From positions 1 to 24,251 of IMG/VR virus record IMGVR_UViG_3300020043_001000: a stretch of DNA of 24,251 nt; one strand, given 5' to 3'. The notes beneath the pieces were generated by a model that was not told where the DNA came from, ran no database searches, and was given only the letters and a program-made list of their open reading frames with translations. The translations under genes were made by a program, and so were the position numbers. The DNA is from a virus. Lineage: Duplodnaviria > Caudoviricetes. Shown here piece after piece: positions 1-7,883 of this stretch; within the stretch, counting starts at the first letter, position 1; every line of letters starts with the position of its first letter.

Positions 1-416
1 CCATTGAGCGCGAAGCAAAGCGTAAACAGTACAGCACGAACCGTGCACAAGTCGTAAACGAATCGTCACCTAACCATAAACCAATAACTAATAACCATAA
101 ACCAATAACCATAGTATCTAAAGATACTAAAGCGCTTACGCGCCCTGATTCTGTTTCCAAAGAAGTTTGGGATGATTTTAAAAAACAGAGAAAGGTAACT
201 TTAACGGCAACGGCGTTAAAAGGAATTCAATCTGAAGCTGACAAAGCGGAAATAAGTTTAGAGTCCGCGTTGGTTATGGCTTGTAATCGCGGCTGGAAAA
301 GTTTTAAGGCTGATTGGATAAAAGAATCACATGGTCGTCAATCGGTCAACAAGCAAACAGCGTTAGAAGCTCGTAACCGCCAAGCAGTCGAGGAAGCAAT
401 GAGGATGTCGCAATGA
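1..416 (+). CDS. Phage replication initiator, C-terminal part (YdaU/DUF1376- or lambda O-like), 5' truncated
   Basis: Open frame from position 3 to TGA 414-416, missing from the ORF track: ...NHKPITNNHKPIT...WDDFKKQRK...ALKGIQSEADKA...ACNRGWKSFKADW... The stop overlaps the next ATG (ATGA). Confidence 0.8.
   Translation, partial: IEREAKRKQYSTNRAQVVNESSPNHKPITNNHKPITIVSKDTKALTRPDSVSKEVWDDFKKQRKVTLTATALKGIQSEADKAEISLESALVMACNRGWKSFKADWIKESHGRQSVNKQTALEARNRQAVEEAMRMSQ
71..129. repeat. Iteron-like heptamer array plus palindrome (probable replication origin)
   Basis: Six 7-mers TAACCAT/AAACCAA/TAACTAA/TAACCAT/AAACCAA/TAACCAT (71-112), then inverted repeat TAGTATCT-AA-AGATACTA (112-129), inside the initiator gene as in lambdoid origins. 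Confidence 0.6.
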
Positions 417-1051
417 ACAGCAACGAAAAGCAAGATTTTTATAAACTTGTTAGCTCCGTCATGGATTATTACAAGCAAGATGTATCGCCATTTTCCCTTA
501 ATCTTTTTTGGGAAGCGCTCAAAGGTTTTGAGTTTGAACAAGTCAGCGCTGCACTAACAAAACACGCCATGAACCCTGACAACGGACAATTTGCGCCAAA
601 GATAGCCGATATTGTCAAACAACTATCTGGGACAACAACCGATAAAGCAAAAATCGCATGGGGTAAGGTTTATGCAGCTACGGAACAAATTGGGGCGTAT
701 CAAGATGTTTGCTTTGATGACGGAATCATTCACCTAGTGATCGAAGATATGGGAGGATGGGTAAAAATATGCCGCACGGAACAAAAAGACCTAGGATACG
801 TACAACATCAGTTTTGCGAGGCGTATAGAGCCTATACAGGGCGCGACAAGGTGGTTTATCCTAGCTACCTAGCTGGCGTAAACGGAACGGGCGAAAATAT
901 CGCGCAATTAGCACGGCGCGGAATCAAGCCACCTGAGCCGATATTGATAGGCGACCGTGACAAAGCTGCAAATGTCAGATTGAGCGGAACAAACGAATCC
1001 AGAATCTTGGGCGCAAAGCCAGTCTATCAATTACTTGAAAGCCTAAAATGA
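413..1051 (+). CDS. DUF6475-like phage replication protein (helicase-loader position)
   Basis: 212 aa with motif AWGKV..A...IGAYQDVCFDDGIIHLVIEDMGGWVKIC; translationally coupled to the initiator. Confidence 0.7.
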   Translation: MNSNEKQDFYKLVSSVMDYYKQDVSPFSLNLFWEALKGFEFEQVSAALTKHAMNPDNGQFAPKIADIVKQLSGTTTDKAKIAWGKVYAATEQIGAYQDVCFDDGIIHLVIEDMGGWVKICRTEQKDLGYVQHQFCEAYRAYTGRDKVVYPSYLAGVNGTGENIAQLARRGIKPPEPILIGDRDKAANVRLSGTNESRILGAKPVYQLLESLK

Positions 1052-1173
1052 CCTACGAACAATCCCTAAAAGCCTACGCCGTAAAAGTGCTAGAACGAAT
1101 CGTTGCAGGTGACAAAGACTACGACGATAGCGATATGCGTGATTGCATGTGGGTTTTATTTGACCTAGGGTAA
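1048..1173 (+). CDS. Small hypothetical protein (41 aa)
   Basis: ATGA overlap with the upstream stop; MTYEQSLKAYAVKVLERIVAGDKDYDDSDMRDCMWVLFDLG*. Confidence 0.6.
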   Translation: MTYEQSLKAYAVKVLERIVAGDKDYDDSDMRDCMWVLFDLG

Positions 1174-1209
1174 ACACCTATTCAACAAAACAAAAATCAT
1201 TGTAATAAT
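1166..1209 (+). promoter_or_regulatory. Sigma70-like promoter with adjacent TAGG-N7-CCTA box
   Basis: TAGGGTAAACACCTA (1166-1180) abuts TTCAAC (1181-1186)-17 nt-AATAAT (1204-1209) with TG extension. A strong AAGGAG RBS follows. Confidence 0.5.
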
Positions 1210-1227
1210 TAAACAAAAGGAGAATAT

Positions 1228-1401
1228 ATGCAAACTATGCAAATACTGCTAACGATAGAGATAGCCTATGGCAAGCAACAAGATAGCGAAACCGTAGCCA
1301 AAGCAATCGAGCAGCGGACGTACAACTACATCACGGCTAGGGGCGCAACGGTTGGTAAATGCGTGGCTGTGGTCGTGCCAGAGGGAGATAAAAATGACTG
1401 A
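1228..1401 (+). CDS. Small hypothetical protein (57 aa)
   Basis: AAGGAG RBS at 1217-1222; MQTMQILLTIEIAYGKQQDSETVAKAIEQRTYNYITARGATVGKCVAVVVPEGDKND*. Confidence 0.7.
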   Translation: MQTMQILLTIEIAYGKQQDSETVAKAIEQRTYNYITARGATVGKCVAVVVPEGDKND

Positions 1402-1558
1402 ACAACTCGAAACACGCCCAGAAACAGATTTTGAATTTGAAAGCGTCAAGCTATTTGAATCACACGCAATCGAACAAAACAAGTTTGCTAAAAAATGCCT
1501 GCAAGATACGGCTATGAATGCAATCGCGTATCCTGTTGAGTGCGGTGAGTTGGCATAA
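1394..1558 (+). CDS. Small hypothetical protein (54 aa)
   Basis: GGGAG RBS before ATG 1394; overlaps the upstream stop; MTEQLETRPETDFEFES... Confidence 0.6.
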   Translation: MTEQLETRPETDFEFESVKLFESHAIEQNKFAKKCLQDTAMNAIAYPVECGELA

Positions 1559-1564
1559 TATCGC

Positions 1565-1593
1565 TTGATTTATTACATCGGTTGTGCTAATAT
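1565..1593 (+). promoter_or_regulatory. Putative late promoter
   Basis: TTGATT (1565-1570)-17 nt-TAATAT (1588-1593) with extended -10 TG, upstream of terS. Confidence 0.6.
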
Positions 1594-1622
1594 AGAGTCT
1601 CTCCTAGGTTAATAGCCTATTT

Positions 1623-1642
1623 AGCCCTTCGGGGCTTTTTTT
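1623..1642 (+). terminator. Intrinsic terminator
   Basis: AGCCC-TTCG-GGGCT stem-loop (C-UUCG-G) followed by a T run. Confidence 0.85.
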
Positions 1643-1656
1643 CGTGAGGTAAGACT

Positions 1657-1965
1657 ATGGACGACTCCAAAGTAAAGCCGAAAAATACGGGACAGTTCGG
1701 CAAAAACAATAAGGGTAAGCCCAAGGGCGCAGTAAATAAGACTACTGGACAGCTTAAAGACATGATTCTGAAGGCGTTAGACCAAGCTGGAGGGGAGGGA
1801 TACCTACTCGACCGCGCAAACGACCCTAAGACCCAATCAGCCTTTTTGCAGCTAATCGGAAAAGTGCTTCCAATGACAGTAGTAGGTGACGCTAATCAAC
1901 CTTTGACGTTTACATTAGCTACACCGTGGCTAAATCAATCGATTGCAAAGCGGAATGGGGATTAA
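1657..1965 (+). CDS. terS: Terminase small subunit
   Basis: GAGGT RBS; basic N-terminus GQFGKNNKGKPKGAVNKTT then helical domain; directly before terL. Confidence 0.8.
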   Translation: MDDSKVKPKNTGQFGKNNKGKPKGAVNKTTGQLKDMILKALDQAGGEGYLLDRANDPKTQSAFLQLIGKVLPMTVVGDANQPLTFTLATPWLNQSIAKRNGD

Positions 1966-3286
1966 CGACTATCTCCCTCGTGGTCAGTTTGTAGACTTCC
2001 ACAATAGGGGCGAACGATGGGCGGTATTGGTTTGTCATAGACGTGCAGGTAAGACCGTAGCATGTGTAGCCGACCTTGTTCTAAGCGCATTGGTTACATC
2101 AAAGACAGACGCAAGATATGCCTATGTATGCCCACAATACAACCAAGCCAAAGACGTGGCATGGACATACATCAAGCGACTAACGGCTGACATACCCAAT
2201 GTCCAATACAACGAGAGCGAACTAAGGGCTGATTTGCCTAATGGCGCAAGGATACGCTTGTATGGCGCTGATAACCCTGATCGACTTCGTGGTTTGTACT
2301 TAGATGGCGTTGTCTGTGATGAATTTGCCGATATGCGCTCAAGTGTATGGGGCGAGGTAATCCGTCCTATGCTGGCTGACCGTAAAGGCTGGGCTGTATT
2401 TATCGGAACACCCAAGGGTCACAATGAGTTTTACCGCTGCTGGCAAGACGCACAGGGCGATGAATCGTGGTTTAAGATGATGCTCAAAGCGTCAAATAGC
2501 GGGCTAATCGACCCCGAGGAATTGGTAGACGCTGCCAAGGGAATGACAGACGACCAATACGCCCAAGAGTTTGAATGCTCATTTGAGGCGGCTATTGCAG
2601 GGGCGTACTATGCCAACGACCTCAAAGACGAAAATATCCATGAAGTGCCATATGACCCTAAACTACCCGTATATACAGCGTGGGACATAGGCTACTCAGA
2701 CGATACTTCGGTGTGGTTTTGGCAAATGGCAGGCGGCGAAGTTCATGTGATAGACCATTACTCAAACAATGGGCACGGCGTGGAGCATTATGTTGATATG
2801 CTGAATTCCAAGAACTACAACTATGCCAAGCTAGGCAATAAGCCGTTCTTATGGTTGCCACATGATGCAAGGGCTAAGACCTTCGCTAGTGGTGGGAAAT
2901 CCACACAAGAGCAGTTTATGGCGCATGGCTACTCTAGCCGTATCGTGCCTGAGCTAAGTTTGCAAGATGGTATAAACGCCCTTAGAATGATGCTATCGAG
3001 AACGCATTTCGATAGACAAAACACATTTGATGGTGTAGAATCATTAAAATTGTATCGTAGGGAGTATGACGACGATAAGAAAGTATTTAGAGACAAACCG
3101 CTTCATGATTGGACAAGTCACGATGCGGATGCCGCTAGATACATGGCAATTGCATATAGAGAAGCATCACCAGAAGCTCGGCGACCTGAGCCAAAGTTTG
3201 CGTTTCGAGGGACGGATAACGGCATGACTTCACTAACACTGGACGAAATGTGGGCATTAACACCTAAACGAGATACACGCATATAA
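1955..3286 (+). CDS. terL: Terminase large subunit
   Basis: Walker A HRRAGKT, Walker B GVVCDE, motif III FIGTP, RNase H-like nuclease AWDIG..D / HDA / SHDADAARY. ATG 1955 preferred over TTG 1943. Confidence 0.97.
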   Translation: MGINDYLPRGQFVDFHNRGERWAVLVCHRRAGKTVACVADLVLSALVTSKTDARYAYVCPQYNQAKDVAWTYIKRLTADIPNVQYNESELRADLPNGARIRLYGADNPDRLRGLYLDGVVCDEFADMRSSVWGEVIRPMLADRKGWAVFIGTPKGHNEFYRCWQDAQGDESWFKMMLKASNSGLIDPEELVDAAKGMTDDQYAQEFECSFEAAIAGAYYANDLKDENIHEVPYDPKLPVYTAWDIGYSDDTSVWFWQMAGGEVHVIDHYSNNGHGVEHYVDMLNSKNYNYAKLGNKPFLWLPHDARAKTFASGGKSTQEQFMAHGYSSRIVPELSLQDGINALRMMLSRTHFDRQNTFDGVESLKLYRREYDDDKKVFRDKPLHDWTSHDADAARYMAIAYREASPEARRPEPKFAFRGTDNGMTSLTLDEMWALTPKRDTRI

Positions 3287-5460
3287 TGGAAACATCAAAA
3301 AGCTGGCTAGACAGTTTGGAATACGCCAAGAAAGAGCAAGAATCTTGGGAAAAACGCGCTGAAAAGATTGTCAAGCGCTATCGTGATGACCGCAGCGAGA
3401 TGTCTAGCGGTAAAAAATACAACATTCTCTGGTCAAACGTACGCACTCTCGTACCTGCTGTCTATTCAAAGAAGCCAAAAGCCTATTGCCAACGTAGAAA
3501 CAAAGACAGCGACCCCGTAGCTCGTTGCGCTTCAACATTGTTACAACGTGCGCTCCAATATGAGATAGACCAATACAGCGATTACGACGAAGCACTAAAG
3601 CACTCAGTGCTAGACCGTATGCTCACGGGGCGAGGCACGGCATGGGTGCGCTTTCAATCTGACGCTGGACACGAGGACGTGCTGGCAGAATCCACAGAAA
3701 TTACAACATCGACCGATAGCAATGAACTATGCCCGACTGATTACGTTTTTTGGAAAGATTTTAGGCATAGTCCTGCTCGTACTTGGGACGAGGTTACTTG
3801 GGTGGCGCGGCGTGTTTATCTATCGCGTGGTGAGGGCGTAGAGAGGTTTGGCGAGGCATTCAGCCAAGTCCCACTAAGCCACGAGCCAATCGGCTTAGAG
3901 AAAATGAAGGATAACGGCGCAAACACCGAAGATATGAAAAAGGCGGTCGTTTGGGAGATATGGGATAAGTCCACAAAAACCGCGCTATGGGTAGCCGTTG
4001 GATATGAATTTATCCTAGACCAAAAAGCAGACCCATTGACGCTAGAAGGCTTTTTCCCATGTCCTAAGCCATTGTTCAGCACAATGACAAGCGACACGCT
4101 AATCCCTGTTCCTGACTACACACTTTATCAAGACCAAGCTAGAGAGCTAGACGATATTACTAGCCGAATTTCTAAATTAGTAGAAGCAGTCAAAATCGTA
4201 GGCGTGTACGATGCAAGCCAATCGGGTGTCGCTCGTATGCTATCGGAAGGTTTCGATAATCAACTAATCCCCGTGGATACATGGGCAATGTTTAGCGAAA
4301 AAGGCGGTGTAAAAGGCGCGGTTGACTTTTTGCCCGTGGAAATGGTTGTTAACGCTTTACAACAACTCTATATCGCTCGTGAACAAGTTAAGCAAGTTAT
4401 TTACGAAGTCACGGGAATCTCCGACATTCTGCGCGGTACAAGTGTTGCAAGCGAGACAGCAACAGCGCAAAACATCAAGAGCCAATACGCAAGCCTTCGA
4501 TTAAAGGATATGCAATCAGATGTAGCTAGGTTTGCAAGCGACCTACTCCGCATGAAGGCGCAAGTCATGGCGCAGTTCTACTCGCCTGAGACATTGATTG
4601 AAATGTCAGGCATGAAGAACACGGACGATGGGCAATATCTCCCGCAAGCCATTCAGTTGCTAAAAGACAACAGCCTACGCGCCTATCGTATCGAGGTTGA
4701 AACCGATTCAATGATTACATTGGACGAACAGCAAGAGAAGCAAGACCGCTTAGAGTTTCTAACGGCAACCGCTGGATTTTTGGAGAAAGCTATCCAAGCA
4801 CCGCCTGAACTCACCCCGTTATTGGGTGAACTCCTATTATTCGGTGTACGTTCGTTCAAAGCTGGCGACCAAATGGAAGGCGCGATCGAAACGGCAGTTA
4901 AACAGCTATCACAACCTAAACCACAGCAAACACAGCCTGACCCGCAAATGATGGTAGAGCAAGGACGTATGCAGCTAGAGCAGACAAAGATGCAAATGGC
5001 GCAACAAGCGGAACAAGCCAAAGCGCAAATGGAGCAAGCTAAAGCTCAGGCAGACAGCCAATTAGCTTTTGCCAAGATGGAGCAAGAAAAAGAGATTAAA
5101 GCGGCACAAATGGCACACGAGGAACGCATGGCAGACCTAGCCCGTGCCCACGAGTTCCAAATGGAACAAATGAAGCAGCAAGGCGAAGATGGTCGCACGT
5201 CGGCTAAATTGGAAGTTGATAGCCAAACCAAGATTAAAGTGGCAGAAATGTCGCTAGAGAAAAAAGAAACGCCCGAAGTAGATGTTGACGGCGTAGAGAT
5301 AGAAAAGGTTGACCCTGTAAAAGCAATGGCTGATATGCACGGTGAAATGCTCGGGCAAATTGGCGAGTTAGCTAGGGTAATGGCTGCACCACGTACACGT
5401 AAATTGATACGTGGAAAAGACGGTAAAGCCGTCAGCATGGTTGAAATAATAGAAGGATAA
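3286..5460 (+). CDS. Portal protein with long Q/E/M-rich coiled-coil C-terminus
   Basis: 724 aa after terL (TAATG overlap); motifs GRGTAWVRF, WEIWDK, IYEVTGISDILRG..ETATAQ; P22-like helical tail. Confidence 0.92.
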   Translation: METSKSWLDSLEYAKKEQESWEKRAEKIVKRYRDDRSEMSSGKKYNILWSNVRTLVPAVYSKKPKAYCQRRNKDSDPVARCASTLLQRALQYEIDQYSDYDEALKHSVLDRMLTGRGTAWVRFQSDAGHEDVLAESTEITTSTDSNELCPTDYVFWKDFRHSPARTWDEVTWVARRVYLSRGEGVERFGEAFSQVPLSHEPIGLEKMKDNGANTEDMKKAVVWEIWDKSTKTALWVAVGYEFILDQKADPLTLEGFFPCPKPLFSTMTSDTLIPVPDYTLYQDQARELDDITSRISKLVEAVKIVGVYDASQSGVARMLSEGFDNQLIPVDTWAMFSEKGGVKGAVDFLPVEMVVNALQQLYIAREQVKQVIYEVTGISDILRGTSVASETATAQNIKSQYASLRLKDMQSDVARFASDLLRMKAQVMAQFYSPETLIEMSGMKNTDDGQYLPQAIQLLKDNSLRAYRIEVETDSMITLDEQQEKQDRLEFLTATAGFLEKAIQAPPELTPLLGELLLFGVRSFKAGDQMEGAIETAVKQLSQPKPQQTQPDPQMMVEQGRMQLEQTKMQMAQQAEQAKAQMEQAKAQADSQLAFAKMEQEKEIKAAQMAHEERMADLARAHEFQMEQMKQQGEDGRTSAKLEVDSQTKIKVAEMSLEKKETPEVDVDGVEIEKVDPVKAMADMHGEMLGQIGELARVMAAPRTRKLIRGKDGKAVSMVEIIEG

Positions 5461-5463
5461 AAC

Positions 5464-5890
5464 ATGGCACTAAACACACAATTAGCAAACGCAACGGTAA
5501 ACGGGCAAGGTGATAACCTATCCGCACGTCTAAACAGCGGATTCTTACGCATTTATGACGGCACACAGCCTGCAACAGCGGACACGGCTATCCACGCAGG
5601 TGTTACTAGCTGAACTTACGTTTAGTGCCACGGCAGCGCCTGCAACGTCTAACGGTCTAATCACATTTAACGCGATTACATCCGATTCAAGCGCTAACGC
5701 TACGGGTACACCGACATGGTTTAGAGCGGTTCAATCTAACGGCACGACCGTGGTAATGGATGGTAGTGTAGGCGCGTCTGGTGCTAACTTGAATTTATCA
5801 GGTCTAACCGCTGGTCAAATCATTATCGGCGGTACGGTAGCTGTATCAAGTTTCACGCATGACGTTTTGAACTCTAGCTCGGGACTGTAA
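5464..5890 (+). pseudogene. Virion structural protein (~142 aa) interrupted by a +1/-2 frameshift near 5590-5594
   Basis: AAGGA RBS and ATG 5464 give MALNTQLANATVNGQGDNLSARLNSGFLRIYDGTQPATADTAI then stop at 5611. The +1 frame continues TQVLLAELTFSATAAPA...TGTPTWFRA...MDGSVG to 5890. The two halves read as one recognisable phage structural protein. Confidence 0.75.
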
Positions 5891-5891
5891 C

Positions 5892-6695
5892 ATGGCGATT
5901 ACAACAGTAGACCAAGCCCTCGCGGGAATGAGCCCTACAAACGTATGGGCTAAGGCATTATCTGGCACATTGGTGGCAGGTCGTCCGCATAGTGGTTTTT
6001 ATCTTGCAGGAACGCCGGGCGCGGCAGTAGCACCTACTCCCGGTGTTGCGGGTGCGGCGCTCACAGCTTACGCTGGTCAAATTGCAATCCCTGCCGCATC
6101 GAATAACACTTACATCAGCTCTGCTACTTTCGCATCCTCGGCGCAAGGCGGCAACATTCAGATTTGCGATAGGCTTTGGCATAACTCAGGTATCGTCGTT
6201 ACGTCAACAGCAGCACAAACGATTAACTCCGTTGCATGGCCTGCTCGTGATCGTAACGGGTCAACAAACGGTGAAGGCGTTTACATCGGGTTAGAGCTAT
6301 CAACAGCCACGGGCGCTGGCGCTTCGGTTATTTCCATCTCTTACACCAACTCGGCAGGTGTTGCAGGGCGCACTGGTACAGCATTAGACGTGTACGCCGC
6401 GACAGCAGTGGCGGGTTCGTTCTTTAGGTTTTCACTCCAAGCTGGCGACGTGGGTGTTCGCTCGGTTCAAACCTACACATCCACGGTTTCGATGACCTCT
6501 GGTGTTGTTCATTTGGTGGCTTACCGCCCATTAGCTATGCTACCGTTAGTTGCCGCTGGAATCCCTGCTTCAATTGATGCGGTTACTGGTGGGCTTCCAA
6601 GGGAATACGACACGACCGTACCGTGGCCGTTGTACATACCACAAACAACGACAACAACGCTAATATCAGGTAGCGTAGTACACACCCAAGGTTAA
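5892..6695 (+). CDS. Putative virion structural protein (A/G/S/T-rich, beta-rich)
   Basis: 267 aa, 1 nt after the previous stop; ICDRLWHNSG motif; composition typical of virion appendage proteins. Confidence 0.65.
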   Translation: MAITTVDQALAGMSPTNVWAKALSGTLVAGRPHSGFYLAGTPGAAVAPTPGVAGAALTAYAGQIAIPAASNNTYISSATFASSAQGGNIQICDRLWHNSGIVVTSTAAQTINSVAWPARDRNGSTNGEGVYIGLELSTATGAGASVISISYTNSAGVAGRTGTALDVYAATAVAGSFFRFSLQAGDVGVRSVQTYTSTVSMTSGVVHLVAYRPLAMLPLVAAGIPASIDAVTGGLPREYDTTVPWPLYIPQTTTTTLISGSVVHTQG

Positions 6696-6697
6696 AC

Positions 6698-7528
6698 GTG
6701 GGCGCGAACACGTCCGACGCTGATTTTTTAAAAGGTCTAGGCAGAGGCAGAGGCAGAGGCACGGGCAGTAGTCAGCTTTATAAGAAATCTCCTAATGCCG
6801 CTGGCGCGTCCGTCTGGGGCGACTTCTTTTTTGATGGTGGCGCAGCTTCTGTAACGGGTGTAGTAGCCACTTCACAAGCCCAAACGATAGTAGCCGATGG
6901 CTCTTTTTCTGCATCGAGCGGAATTGATGGTACAGCGGCGACCTCGCAAGCACAAACCATATCGGCAAGCGGCTCTAGTGCAGTCGCGGCGGTTTCTGGT
7001 AGTGGAACAACCTCTCAGGCGCAAACTATCGCAGGGTCAGGCTCGGCAAGTGTTGCAAGCGTCAGCGGGACAATAGCGACAAGTCAGGCTCAAACGCTAT
7101 CGGCTATTGGTAGCGCGGCAGTGGCTAGCGTATCGGGCGAGGCTTCGACTAGCCAAGCTGAAACTATCGCGGGTAACGGTTCGTTCGCTGGTGCAAGCGT
7201 GGTATCTGGTGATGCGGCGACTTCACAAGTTCAAACTAGCGCGGCAGATGGTGCTTTTACGTCAACTATTACCGACACGCACGATGGATTCTGGCGCAAG
7301 CAATGGGAAGAAATAGCCAAACAATCCAAGGCGACGAAAAAGCTAGAGAAAAAGAAAAAAGCTATCGAGGCAAACGATTTGCCTATCGTTGAATTGGTTA
7401 AAGAAACGACTGTAATTGAAACCGTTAAGCCTATAAAAGCAAAAAGCAATCGGTTAATAGTTGACAGAGTGATAGAATTTAACTATGATGCGAATGATGA
7501 AGATGAAGATTTACTAATGCTATGGTAA
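6698..7528 (+). CDS. Repeat-containing putative fibre/stalk protein with charged C-terminal segment
   Basis: GTG start after AAGG; six 23-24 aa TSQAQT repeats, then DTHDGFW, a Lys-rich stretch and acidic-hydrophobic end DEDEDLLMLW. Confidence 0.7.
   Translation: MGANTSDADFLKGLGRGRGRGTGSSQLYKKSPNAAGASVWGDFFFDGGAASVTGVVATSQAQTIVADGSFSASSGIDGTAATSQAQTISASGSSAVAAVSGSGTTSQAQTIAGSGSASVASVSGTIATSQAQTLSAIGSAAVASVSGEASTSQAETIAGNGSFAGASVVSGDAATSQVQTSAADGAFTSTITDTHDGFWRKQWEEIAKQSKATKKLEKKKKAIEANDLPIVELVKETTVIETVKPIKAKSNRLIVDRVIEFNYDANDEDEDLLMLW
6739..6761 (+). repeat. Hexamer tandem repeat (AGGCAG)x~3.8
   Basis: AGGCAGAGGCAGAGGCAGAGGCA encodes GRGRGRG in frame. Confidence 0.85.
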
Positions 7529-7532
7529 CAAT

Positions 7533-7874
7533 ATGTCAATTTTCACAGTAACAAACAACACAGCACAGCTAACAGCAACGCAAGACGCTACTGATAACTT
7601 TATCGGCGGCATCCGTTTCTCCGCTAATCAGTCCGCTGTCGCCAATGGGACATACACAGTAGGGACATGGGCTAATGGCATCCAATTAAACCCAGCGGGG
7701 GCGGTATGTGTGACCAATGCAACGCTAGGCATCCCAGCGATTAACTCCACATCTAACGGCTTAATTTTTGACGGCAATGGCTCTATTTGCGCTTCGATTA
7801 GCTCGATGGTGACCTATAACAACGGCTTGCCAATGGACGCAAACGGCGCATTGTGTGTCAATTTAATCCCATAG
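7533..7874 (+). CDS. Small repeat protein, probably structural
   Basis: 113 aa with four similar units: GGIRFSANQSAVA, NGIQLNPAGAVCV, NGLIFDGNGSICA, NGLPMDANGALCV. Confidence 0.65.
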   Translation: MSIFTVTNNTAQLTATQDATDNFIGGIRFSANQSAVANGTYTVGTWANGIQLNPAGAVCVTNATLGIPAINSTSNGLIFDGNGSICASISSMVTYNNGLPMDANGALCVNLIP

Positions 7875-7883
7875 GAAATAACT

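Noticed and set aside
71-112. CRISPR-like or mini-array interpretation of the short repeats
   Set aside because: Contiguous 7-bp units with no spacers; no cas genes.
1352-1393. ORF-track start at 1352
   Set aside because: Overlaps the RBS-supported 1228-1401 ORF; ATG 1394 has its own GGGAG RBS.
4915-5185. Q/M/A-rich quasi-repeats in the portal gene as a separate repeat element
   Set aside because: Explained by coiled-coil coding in the portal C-terminal tail; no exact DNA periodicity.
5555-5593. ORF-track start at 5555 (MTAHSLQQRTRL)
   Set aside because: No RBS; it is the off-frame reading of the real N-terminal half that starts at 5464.
6724-6730. In-phase slippery heptamer T TTT TTA in the repeat-protein gene
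   Set aside because: The -1 frame hits TAG at 6769-6771 after about 13 codons, giving no useful product.
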